From positions 1 through 48,542 of IMG/VR virus record IMGVR_UViG_3300038545_000026: 48,542 nucleotides of DNA. One strand, written 5' to 3'. Positions 8,622 to 16,395 of the stretch are shown here, piece by piece. The notes below the pieces were generated by a model. It searched no databases. It was not told the origin of the DNA and saw nothing but the letters and a program-made list of their open reading frames with translations. The stretch is from a virus. How positions within the stretch are numbered: the stretch's first letter is position 1; each line of letters begins with the position of its first letter. The position numbers and the translations under genes were made by a program.

Positions 8622-8981
8622 ATGGGATGGGATTGCGATGATAAATTAGACCAAATGGGTGAAGATGCTAAAAGACATTTAAAAGACCATATAGAAATGT
8701 TATACATACAGGCAGTAAGCAAACTTTCTCCTAAAACAAAAAATGACACATCTAAAAAATTAGATAGTAAATTGATAGAAAACTTCCTTAAAAAACGAGG
8801 TTATACTATGAATTATGTTTTAGGAAAAACGGTTATGGTAAAAGCATTTACTTGTGTATATGTGCAAGATGATTATGTAGAAGTATGGCACGATAAAACA
8901 AACAATGATAAATCCGTTTTTGTTAATGAAAGTTTACTTACGGGATTGCCTATTACACTTAATTATATGGAACGAATTTAG
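8622..8981 (+). CDS. hypothetical protein (119 aa)
   Basis: ORF track. Confidence 0.6.
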   Translation: MGWDCDDKLDQMGEDAKRHLKDHIEMLYIQAVSKLSPKTKNDTSKKLDSKLIENFLKKRGYTMNYVLGKTVMVKAFTCVYVQDDYVEVWHDKTNNDKSVFVNESLLTGLPITLNYMERI

Positions 8982-9087
8982 CATTATATATAACGTTAAA
9001 GTATAAGACGTGTTGCTGAATTAAGAACAAACCATTATTAATATGCCATAAAAAAACAAAAAAGGTGTGGCAATAAAAACTAAAAAT

Positions 9088-9507
9088 ATGATTGTAAAGA
9101 CAAAATTTAGAGCCTTTTGTGAGGTGGAAACAGACAAAGGAACTGTAAATGAACTTATGTACTTTGATCCAATGGAGTGTGATAACGGACTTTGGTTTTC
9201 TGCTCCAGATAATGTTTGGCATATAAACGAGTATTTTATACTAATGCAATGGACTGGATTAAAAGACAAAAATGGAATTGATATTTACGAAGGTGATGTA
9301 GTAAAAGTGAATAAAGACGAGATAGGAAGTATTGACTTTAATAGGGGTAATTTTTGGGTAGGATTTTATCAAGAACCTTCACAACAAAACTTATCTGACT
9401 TTGTTAAATACAATTCTAAAACAGATGCTTACGACATTGTAGAAGTTGAAATAGTTGGCAAAATAGATTTTGAAAATGTAACAAGACATTTAACCGTAAG
9501 TAGCTAA
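9088..9507 (+). CDS. YopX-family protein
   Basis: LMQWTGLKDKNGIDIYEGDVVKV matches the YopX core. The track start at 9067 is GTG, so the first ATG (9088) is preferred. Confidence 0.75.
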   Translation: MIVKTKFRAFCEVETDKGTVNELMYFDPMECDNGLWFSAPDNVWHINEYFILMQWTGLKDKNGIDIYEGDVVKVNKDEIGSIDFNRGNFWVGFYQEPSQQNLSDFVKYNSKTDAYDIVEVEIVGKIDFENVTRHLTVSS

Positions 9508-9533
9508 AAAAGCGCAAAGGCTTTTGTTTTTTT
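9506..9533 (+). terminator. weak intrinsic terminator
   Basis: AAAAGC-GCAAAG-GCTTTT hairpin followed by a T-rich run. Confidence 0.4.
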
Positions 9534-9587
9534 ACATTGGGTTAAGAACTGACCTTAATAATTAAGCACAAGCCTTGCAATACGTTT

Positions 9588-9660
9588 TATACGGTGTTAC
9601 CAACTGGCGCACCTTATAGAGTATTGATAAACGCAACCTTTGTGCGCTTGTTGGTAACGG
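9588..9660. repeat. Intergenic palindromic element (family member K)
   Basis: GGTGTTACCAACTGGCGCAC (9593..9612) is inverted at GTGCGCTTGTTGGTAACGG (9642..9660). Confidence 0.7.
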
Positions 9661-9713
9661 ATGGTGGTATGAGTAGTAAATAAAACGGATTAATAAACTA
9701 AAAATTAAATATT

Positions 9714-9926
9714 ATGACAACTGAAGAAAACAAAACAGAAATTACAAAATTAAGCACTTGGGATATGGCAGACACTGTTGTAAAATGGGAAGGATATGAC
9801 CAGACAACAATACCTGAACCAACTGCAAGAAATATGAAATTGTATATGGATAAAATAAATGAACTTACAGAAGCTGTAAATAAATTAACTGCACTTAATA
9901 AGGGCTTAATTGATGCACTAAAGTAG
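9714..9926 (+). CDS. hypothetical protein (70 aa)
   Basis: ORF track. Confidence 0.6.
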   Translation: MTTEENKTEITKLSTWDMADTVVKWEGYDQTTIPEPTARNMKLYMDKINELTEAVNKLTALNKGLIDALK

Positions 9927-9976
9927 TTTTATTTATTACTTATACCACGTGTTGTAAAATCGTTTTAATGTTTTAC

Positions 9977-10013
9977 AACTATCATATATCAACAATACTA
10001 GAAAAATCAACAC
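9977..10013 (+). repeat. 37-bp direct repeat, copy 1 (27-bp perfect core 9987..10013)
   Basis: AACTATCATATATCAACAATACTAGAAAAATCAACAC matches 17087..17123 at 35/37 positions. Ends 7 nt before the integrase ATG. Confidence 0.9.
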
Positions 10014-10020
10014 ATAAGAT

Positions 10021-10815
10021 ATGAGTTTATACAAAATTACAGAACAAAAATTGTATTATTTAGGATATTCAGAAAACACTATTAAAACTTATTTGAATTA
10101 CATTTTTGAGTTTGACCAATGGTCGAAAAAACATCACTCAAGGTTAAATTCAAAAGACATTCAAGTGTATTTAGATGATTACAAATTCAGTTCTAGGTCA
10201 CAACAAAACCAAGTTATAAGCTCATTAAAGTTTGCATGGGAAAAAGTTCTTGGTAAGAAGTATTTAAAAATTGATTTTAAAAGACCTAAAAAACAAAAGA
10301 AATTACCCAAAATAATTGACGCAGAATTACTAGCTGAAAAAATCAAAAGTATTAGTAATTTAAAACACAGAGCAATATTAACTATAGGTCTTAGCTGTGG
10401 ATTAAGAGTTTCAGAAGTTATAAATCTTAAATGGGAACATTTAGACCGTAAAAGAAATATCTTAAACGTTGTAAATGGAAAAGGTAGTAAAGATAGATGT
10501 TGTGTGTTGAATGATGATTTAATATTGTTATTAGAGGATTATTGGAGAGAGTTTAAATCTAAGGAATATATTTTCAATGGTCAAAAGTCGTTAAAATATT
10601 CTCAAAGCAGTATTCAAAGTATAGTTAAGAATTACATACATAGAAACGCTTCATTTCACTTTTTGCGTCATTCGTATAGCACGTTTGCTATTGATAATGG
10701 AACAGAATTAAAGCCTTTAGCGTATAGTTTAGGTCATAATTCTACAAAAACAGTTGAACAGTTTTATTTTCATCAATCAACAAAAACTTTAAAAACTATA
10801 AAGCAAGCTATCTAA
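10021..10815 (+). CDS. int: tyrosine recombinase/integrase (XerC/D-like, 264 aa)
   Basis: N-terminal SAM-like core-binding domain. Catalytic signature GLRVSEV ... HFLRHSYST ... LGHNSTKTVEQFY (R, HxxR, H, Y). Confidence 0.85.
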   Translation: MSLYKITEQKLYYLGYSENTIKTYLNYIFEFDQWSKKHHSRLNSKDIQVYLDDYKFSSRSQQNQVISSLKFAWEKVLGKKYLKIDFKRPKKQKKLPKIIDAELLAEKIKSISNLKHRAILTIGLSCGLRVSEVINLKWEHLDRKRNILNVVNGKGSKDRCCVLNDDLILLLEDYWREFKSKEYIFNGQKSLKYSQSSIQSIVKNYIHRNASFHFLRHSYSTFAIDNGTELKPLAYSLGHNSTKTVEQFYFHQSTKTLKTIKQAI

Positions 10816-11474
10816 TGAAAAAATGCAAAGGAACAGGTAAAGCTAAAGGATTTGGCTGCAATAAAGAACTAGATTTTGTCATTGGTCAAAACGGTATTAA
10901 ATCGTATAAAGCAAAGTACGGTTTGGGTTATGCCTGTGGATGTTTTGCTAAATGGCTTTATACTTCTGAAAAAGGAGAAGAGATACTTCATAAATCAATG
11001 ACCGTTGCAAAACGTAAAGTTGAGAAAGAAAAGAAAGCAGAAACAAGACGTAAAAAAGACGAATTAAACAGCTCTAGAGCAATGAAGCTTGCAGATATGT
11101 ATTTTAGCCAATATATACGCTTAAAACACTCTGAAAATGGCTTTTGTACTTGTTATACTTGTGGAGATATAAATCCCATTAAAGGCACGGACAATGGTCA
11201 TTGGCAAAAGCGCAAAGAGAAATCTACTAGATACCATGAAAACAATTGTAGACCACAATGCCGAACGTGTAACGGTAATACAGCTAAAAACGGTATGCAA
11301 TTAGAGTTTAGAGAAAACCTAGTTAGAGAACTTGGAGAAGATGAAGTGCAAGAATTAGAAAGATTAGCGAAAACAACAATAGATGCTAACAGTTACTTTT
11401 ATAGAGCTATTGCAACGAAATATCGTAAACTGGTCAATGACCTACAAAAAGAATTAGGAGTTAAATACTGGTAA
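10815..11474 (+). CDS. ninG: NinG/Rap-like recombination endonuclease
   Basis: CKGTGKAKGFGC plus CYTCGD...GHWQKR...CRPQCRTCNG...EFRENLVRELGEDEVQELE matches the lambda NinG pattern. Confidence 0.75.
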   Translation: MKKCKGTGKAKGFGCNKELDFVIGQNGIKSYKAKYGLGYACGCFAKWLYTSEKGEEILHKSMTVAKRKVEKEKKAETRRKKDELNSSRAMKLADMYFSQYIRLKHSENGFCTCYTCGDINPIKGTDNGHWQKRKEKSTRYHENNCRPQCRTCNGNTAKNGMQLEFRENLVRELGEDEVQELERLAKTTIDANSYFYRAIATKYRKLVNDLQKELGVKYW

Positions 11475-11490
11475 TAAAAAAATATTAATC

Positions 11491-11775
11491 ATGAAAATAT
11501 ACATTGGAAAAAACAAAAAAGAGGCTAAACAAATATCATTAAAAGATTTATTAGCTCTAAAATTAAGTCAAGACTTGAAAGATAAAAACGTATGTAGAAA
11601 AGGTAGATTTAGTGATGATTCTGCGTCATGGATAGATTTACGAAAGACAACAGAAAAAGGAGCTATTGATATTGTTATATGTTTTGACCCTGAAACAGAA
11701 AATACTTTTACAGATATTGACGTTTATAAAAGCAAATGGATTTTAGACGAAGAGAATATGAAAAAACTAACTTAA
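11491..11775 (+). CDS. hypothetical protein (94 aa)
   Basis: ORF track. Confidence 0.6.
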   Translation: MKIYIGKNKKEAKQISLKDLLALKLSQDLKDKNVCRKGRFSDDSASWIDLRKTTEKGAIDIVICFDPETENTFTDIDVYKSKWILDEENMKKLT

Positions 11776-11830
11776 ACGAAATAAGAAACTATTACAAACA
11801 AAAAATAAAAGAATCAAAAAACAATGACCA

Positions 11831-11995
11831 ATGAGAAATCTATCATTCAAACAATTCTGTGACAAAGTAAAAGGACACAAATTCTACAATAAACAAGGGT
11901 CGGAAATTTACAAATACGAGTTATACTACTTAGGTATTAATCCGCACTTGTTAATGATTAATGAAACTAAGTATATCAAAATGAAAAGAAAGTAA
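11831..11995 (+). CDS. hypothetical protein (54 aa)
   Basis: Hand-translated MRNLSFKQFCDKVKGHKFYNKQGSEIYKYELYYLG... Confidence 0.4.
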   Translation: MRNLSFKQFCDKVKGHKFYNKQGSEIYKYELYYLGINPHLLMINETKYIKMKRK

Positions 11996-12013
11996 ACTAA
12001 AACCCTAAAAACC

Positions 12014-12556
12014 ATGATTACTAACAGAATTATTAAACACATGGTCGAGAACTACATGAGAATAGAAAGTCTTTCTATAAACTCACGTAAAAGAGTTTAT
12101 GTAGACTCTCGGTCAGTGTATTACAAGCTATGTAGAGTGTTTTCAAGAAACCGTTCTTATGAAATGATAGGAAAGCAAATAGGTAGAAATCACGCAACTG
12201 TAATTCATGGAGAAAAACTATTCGACGACCTTTATGGAACCATTGGTTTTTCCGTGATGAGTATTATGTATGACAACCTATATAAACAGTTATTAATTTT
12301 AGCAGACGAACCTGAACAAGTTTGTGAAATTCAGCAGCTACAAGACGCTAAAAGATATTATAGGGCTAGATATATTGCTCAGATTGATAAATCACATTCT
12401 GTAATAAGCACATTGACCAGCAAAGTAAATTTGCTCACAAAAAACGATTTGGTTAAGAAAATCTTGAACCTTGATGCAGAAGGAATCGAAGAACTAGAGG
12501 AAAGACTAACACCCTTTTTTAAAATGAAAGAACAAAATAAAATAACTAAACCTTGA
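12014..12556 (+). CDS. DnaA-domain-IV-like helix-turn-helix protein (possible replication initiator/regulator)
   Basis: SRKRVYVDSRSVYYKLCRVFS..SYEMIGKQIGRNHATVIHGEKLFDDL parallels the DnaA C-terminal DNA-binding domain. Confidence 0.6.
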   Translation: MITNRIIKHMVENYMRIESLSINSRKRVYVDSRSVYYKLCRVFSRNRSYEMIGKQIGRNHATVIHGEKLFDDLYGTIGFSVMSIMYDNLYKQLLILADEPEQVCEIQQLQDAKRYYRARYIAQIDKSHSVISTLTSKVNLLTKNDLVKKILNLDAEGIEELEERLTPFFKMKEQNKITKP

Positions 12557-12576
12557 TTTATTAAGATATTTTTAGT

Positions 12577-12584
12577 TATATTTG
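12577..12584 (+). promoter_or_regulatory. Bacteroidota-type -7 box TATATTTG
   Basis: Exact TAnnTTTG with TTG about 24 nt upstream. No ORF follows. Confidence 0.45.
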
Positions 12585-12589
12585 CATTG

Positions 12590-12683
12590 TGCGCCTGACA
12601 ATAGCACAGCAAGAAATACAATATAAAGGTTTTACCGAAGTAGTCAGTCAGGCGGCGAAAAGGTAAAGCCTTTTTTGTTTTTT
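12590..12683 (+). ncRNA. candidate ~95-nt small RNA or attenuator
   Basis: Bounded by the promoter box and a terminator. Competing pairings: TGTGC/GCACA hairpin versus CGCCTGAC (12592..12599) pairing with GTCAGGCG in the terminator loop. Confidence 0.4.
12625..12683 (+). terminator. intrinsic terminator
   Basis: 12-bp stem AAAGGTTTTACC/GGTAAAGCCTTT followed by TTTTTTGTTTTTT. Confidence 0.55.
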
Positions 12684-13047
12684 AAGCGCAATACAGGGAC
12701 TTTTTTATAAAAGCTGACAATTGGAAAACAAATAAGAAAATGCAGTACAATGGGATGTAAGCATACTGCAAGGCCAATGCGAAATAGGGATGGCCGCTTA
12801 CAAAACACCGAAAGTGGATTAAGCCCTAAACTTTTACTAAACGGTTAAAGTAAAAGACCTTTACAAGACTCAGAACTCATTTGAACTGAATGTTTAGGTA
12901 TACGCAAGGTACTAGGCCTTGCTATACCCTCTAAGATCTAGAATCTAATTACCTGAATGTTTAATACTCTAATAATATATACTTATAATAATCATTAAAA
13001 TCAACTAATTATATAAAATAATAGTTTGTTTTAAATATTTAAATTAA

Positions 13048-13055
13048 TATATTTG
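13048..13055 (+). promoter_or_regulatory. Bacteroidota-type -7 box TATATTTG
   Basis: Exact consensus 26 nt upstream of the ATG at 13081, TTTG about 23 nt upstream. Confidence 0.45.
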
Positions 13056-13080
13056 TATTAGAAGTTTTATTTATATAATT

Positions 13081-13707
13081 ATGAAAACAGAAGTTATTAT
13101 CTCTCGTCCTTTTATGGGCTCGGAGATTAATCAAAAAAGTAAGTCTGGAATGTTTGATGCTACTGGTTTAGTTAAGATAGCTAATATTAAAAGACGAGAA
13201 CTTGGCCAATCAGTATTTAATTTATCTCAGTTCCTTAAATCTAAATCCACAAAAGAGTTCATAGAAGAGCTGCAGAAAGATAACGAAAGAGTTATTATAA
13301 GAGGTAGAGGATCTAAATCTGTTACATGGGTTCATCCTTTGCTTTTTATTGATATAGCACTGAGCATTAACCCAAAGTTCAAAGTTGAGGTTTATAAATG
13401 GCTCTACGATGAACTATTGAGATACAGAAATGATAGTGGAGATAGCTATAGAAAAATGGCTGGAGCTATCTATGAAAAATGCGACAATAAAGGAAAGTTT
13501 CATAAATACATAACAAAGGTGGCCAACTACATAAAAACAAACTGCAATGTAGAAGATTGGAATAAAGCCACGCAAAACCAATTGTATTTAAGAGATAAGA
13601 TGCATGAGAATATTTCATTGCTTTGTTCAGTTTTAAATAACACAGACCATGCTGTTAGAATTGGAGTCACAAAAGCAAAAGAAGATAATAAAGACTTGAT
13701 TAATTAA
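13081..13707 (+). CDS. KilA-N domain protein
   Basis: GMFDATGLVKIAN...TKEFIEEL...GSKSVTWVHPLLFIDIALSINPKF matches the KilA-N DNA-binding domain. Confidence 0.75.
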   Translation: MKTEVIISRPFMGSEINQKSKSGMFDATGLVKIANIKRRELGQSVFNLSQFLKSKSTKEFIEELQKDNERVIIRGRGSKSVTWVHPLLFIDIALSINPKFKVEVYKWLYDELLRYRNDSGDSYRKMAGAIYEKCDNKGKFHKYITKVANYIKTNCNVEDWNKATQNQLYLRDKMHENISLLCSVLNNTDHAVRIGVTKAKEDNKDLIN

Positions 13708-13758
13708 TCTTGGCCAATGATAATACTTAACTTTAAAAGGCTATAAATTGAATTAACT

Positions 13759-13983
13759 ATGGACTTAAAATATAATAATAATTGCGATACTTGTGGTGAT
13801 ACATTTTTAACAAGAGATGCTTTTGCTAAAACTTGCACATTATGCGAAATGGAAAACACAATAAATAAGCTTGAAGCTTTTTCTGTAGAAAACACTAAAC
13901 ATAATTGGTTTGAGAAATTGCCTCTACATTTAAGGTTGTTGATTTACTTTGTTAGTGGATTTTTAATAGGTTTAATATTTTAA
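13759..13983 (+). CDS. CxxC...CxxC zinc-finger protein with a C-terminal TM helix (74 aa)
   Basis: CDTCGD...CTLCE plus LLIYFVSGFLIGLIF. Confidence 0.55.
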   Translation: MDLKYNNNCDTCGDTFLTRDAFAKTCTLCEMENTINKLEAFSVENTKHNWFEKLPLHLRLLIYFVSGFLIGLIF

Positions 13984-13986
13984 GCT

Positions 13987-14166
13987 ATGACAAAACAAGA
14001 CAAGGAGCGAAAACTAAAATTGATACAGCTTATTATTATTTGTGAGTTTGTTAAATCAATGAAGATTGAAAATGAAAGTTTGATTGATATATTCTACTCT
14101 AGAGTCGCTATAAAATGTTGGTGGAACGAGTATTTATTAATTATATCTCAACCTATTGAACCATGA
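13987..14166 (+). CDS. hypothetical protein (59 aa)
   Basis: Hand-translated. ATGA-type overlap with the next ORF. Confidence 0.45.
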   Translation: MTKQDKERKLKLIQLIIICEFVKSMKIENESLIDIFYSRVAIKCWWNEYLLIISQPIEP

Positions 14167-14330
14167 AACCAAAGTACATATCACATAGCATAGTATCAAT
14201 GACCGACAATTGCATAATGTTATATAACTTTGAATCGACCAATGTAGTAAGTAACATTTCATGCAATATAAAATCAGCACGTAAAACTAAGTCTAAGGAC
14301 TTGGTGGGAATTTGGAAAATTAAAAAATAG
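14163..14330 (+). CDS. hypothetical protein (55 aa)
   Basis: Hand-translated + strand ORF, preferred over the antisense track ORF 14153..14335. Confidence 0.4.
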   Translation: MKPKYISHSIVSMTDNCIMLYNFESTNVVSNISCNIKSARKTKSKDLVGIWKIKK

Positions 14331-14334
14331 AACA

Positions 14335-14499
14335 ATGGACGAATGTAAAAAAATAGAATTAATAAGAACTAACTTGTTAAGAAGAGGTTCAGGGAAAGAC
14401 GAAAATGATTGTATTCGAGTAATAACCCAATATTGGACTTTGGATGGTGTTTTGTTGTTTGAATTTGACCCTTTAAAAAATCCAGAACCTCAATTATGA
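14335..14499 (+). CDS. hypothetical protein (54 aa)
   Basis: Hand-translated, ATGA overlap with the ORF at 14496. Confidence 0.45.
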   Translation: MDECKKIELIRTNLLRRGSGKDENDCIRVITQYWTLDGVLLFEFDPLKNPEPQL

Positions 14500-14831
14500 T
14501 AGACTTACCATTTAATAGTATTGATTTCAGCGAAGCATGGAGCGATTATTTAGATAATAAGCTAGAAAATCATAAATTTGAGTACAAGAGTGAGCGGTCA
14601 ATGAAAGCAGCATTAAAAAAGCTATACAGATACGCTCATGGAAAAGAAGAAATAGCAATAGCTATATTAGAGAACTCTATTAGTGAGAATTGGAGAGGTT
14701 TTTTTCCTTTGCAATACAATGACCCATTAATGATAAAACTACGTCAAGAATCGGTCAATGCTCCTAAGAAAAAAAGCGCAGCACAAATAATACAAGAAGT
14801 AAAAAACGGAACTTATGGAAATAATTCATGA
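14496..14831 (+). CDS. hypothetical protein (111 aa)
   Basis: ORF track. Confidence 0.6.
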   Translation: MIDLPFNSIDFSEAWSDYLDNKLENHKFEYKSERSMKAALKKLYRYAHGKEEIAIAILENSISENWRGFFPLQYNDPLMIKLRQESVNAPKKKSAAQIIQEVKNGTYGNNS

Positions 14832-15027
14832 TATCATAAAAGAAAGTGTAAGCGGTGGATTTTGGAAGTTTATCGGTTACTGGATAATGATAGTTGTTAT
14901 ATTCGGAATACCAGCTAAGGTTGTAATTTTTGCCATAAATAGACCTCTAAGACATTGGTCAATAAGAAAACATGGTTACCCTCCAAGTCATTGTGATGCG
15001 GATGGTGATTTCAAGAAAGAAGATTAA
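14815..15027 (+). CDS. small membrane protein (70 aa)
   Basis: FWKFIGYWIMIVVIFGIPAKVVIFAI hydrophobic stretch. Confidence 0.55.
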   Translation: MEIIHDIIKESVSGGFWKFIGYWIMIVVIFGIPAKVVIFAINRPLRHWSIRKHGYPPSHCDADGDFKKED

Positions 15028-15029
15028 TC

Positions 15030-15767
15030 ATGACAAAGCTAATAGTTAAAAACGAAACTCTACCTCTCAAGGCTTTTCCAAAAGAGACATTGACCACTAT
15101 TTTAGAAGGTGAATTTGCAGTATGGATAAGTAATTTACTTGGGCTCACTGGAGAAGATAGCGCAAAACGTCTTTTAGTAGCGCTACCAGCTATAGAAAAA
15201 CATTTTTGGTCATTGGGGTTTGATGAAATACAAAAAGCCTTTATAATGTATGTAGATGGAGAATTAACTACTAAGCCGCTATCAAATTTTTTGGACAGGG
15301 CATTAGTTGGTAAAATATTCCATGAGTACAAGGAGCAAAAACCAAGAAAGCAACCAAAGGTAAAGGAGATTTCAGACGAGAGCAAGTTTCTTTACACGCA
15401 AAGCGGCTTAATGAAGTGTTTGAATCATTTCGAGAAACACAAATCCGTCCTTGATGGTTATGCGAACTTTCTTTATGACATACTTTACGAAGAGTATTTG
15501 CCTAAAGATAAAGAGTATAAGCAAAAGATTTACAATGATGCGAAACTCGTGATGCAAATGGAACTCCAGGAGAAAAAAGCATCCTCATCTAAGGAATTTA
15601 AGGTTTTAAAGGAAGCTTTGAAAGAGATTGAGGGAAGTCGGTCAATGAAAGTCATTGCAAAATCAAAAGAATTAATAGTACTAGAGTTTTTATTCAAACT
15701 ATTCAAAGACCAACAACTAATGAAAAAACTATTAACCGAATACAAAATCAAAAAGGATGAAAAGTAA
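15030..15767 (+). CDS. hypothetical protein (245 aa)
   Basis: ORF track. The antisense ORFs opposite are low-complexity. Confidence 0.65.
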   Translation: MTKLIVKNETLPLKAFPKETLTTILEGEFAVWISNLLGLTGEDSAKRLLVALPAIEKHFWSLGFDEIQKAFIMYVDGELTTKPLSNFLDRALVGKIFHEYKEQKPRKQPKVKEISDESKFLYTQSGLMKCLNHFEKHKSVLDGYANFLYDILYEEYLPKDKEYKQKIYNDAKLVMQMELQEKKASSSKEFKVLKEALKEIEGSRSMKVIAKSKELIVLEFLFKLFKDQQLMKKLLTEYKIKKDEK

Positions 15768-16395
15768 AATACTAATATGTTTTGCAGGAATAGGTGGAGA
15801 ATCTGAATTATGGAATGATGTTGAGAATGACATTACTCATGTTGAGATAGATCCTAAAATTGCCAAAGTAATATCTGATCGTAAACCTAACAGGAAAGTT
15901 ATCGTTGCAGATGCTTATGATTTTCTTTTGAATAATTTTCAAGAGTACGATTTTATTTGGTTGTCTCCTACTTGTCAAGCTAATAGTAGAATGATAAGAA
16001 GTGGAAAGAATCGTAAACCTCGTTACCCTGATTTAAGTTTATATGAAATAAAAATATTTCTGGACTACAACTTCAAAGGTGACTATGTAATAGAAAATGT
16101 AGTTCCATATTATAAACCTGTAATAGAACCAACTATTAAACTAGGTAGACATATTTTTTGGTCAAATTTTGAAATAGATGATAAGTTTGAATTAAATCAA
16201 CCAAAAGGATTTATTACTTTAGGAACTGTTTCAGCTTCTGAAAAACTAAAAAATTGGTTAGGTATAGATTATGAAGGCAATATTTATTATAACGGAAATC
16301 ACGACCCTTGCCAGGTATTAAGAAATGCTGTTCATCCTTTACTCGGAGAACATGTTTTTAATTGCTACAAAAACTATAAAAATGCAAAACAGTAA
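15757..16395 (+). CDS. miniature DNA cytosine-C5 methyltransferase (212 aa)
   Basis: FAGIGG (motif I), PTCQANS (PCQ motif IV), VIENVVP (ENV motif VI), LRNAVHP (motif X). Very short segment where a target-recognition domain normally sits. Confidence 0.75.
   Translation: MKSKILICFAGIGGESELWNDVENDITHVEIDPKIAKVISDRKPNRKVIVADAYDFLLNNFQEYDFIWLSPTCQANSRMIRSGKNRKPRYPDLSLYEIKIFLDYNFKGDYVIENVVPYYKPVIEPTIKLGRHIFWSNFEIDDKFELNQPKGFITLGTVSASEKLKNWLGIDYEGNIYYNGNHDPCQVLRNAVHPLLGEHVFNCYKNYKNAKQ

Noticed and set aside
8959-9269. Two minus-strand ORFs (87 and 82 aa) opposite the YopX gene
   Set aside because: They are antisense to a gene with a clear family signature, lie on the wrong strand for this block, and have hydrophobic low-complexity products.
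12785-12830. AGTGGATTA as a DnaA box in the candidate origin
   Set aside because: It has two mismatches to TTATCCACA/TGTGGATAA and occurs as a single copy, so the support is insufficient.
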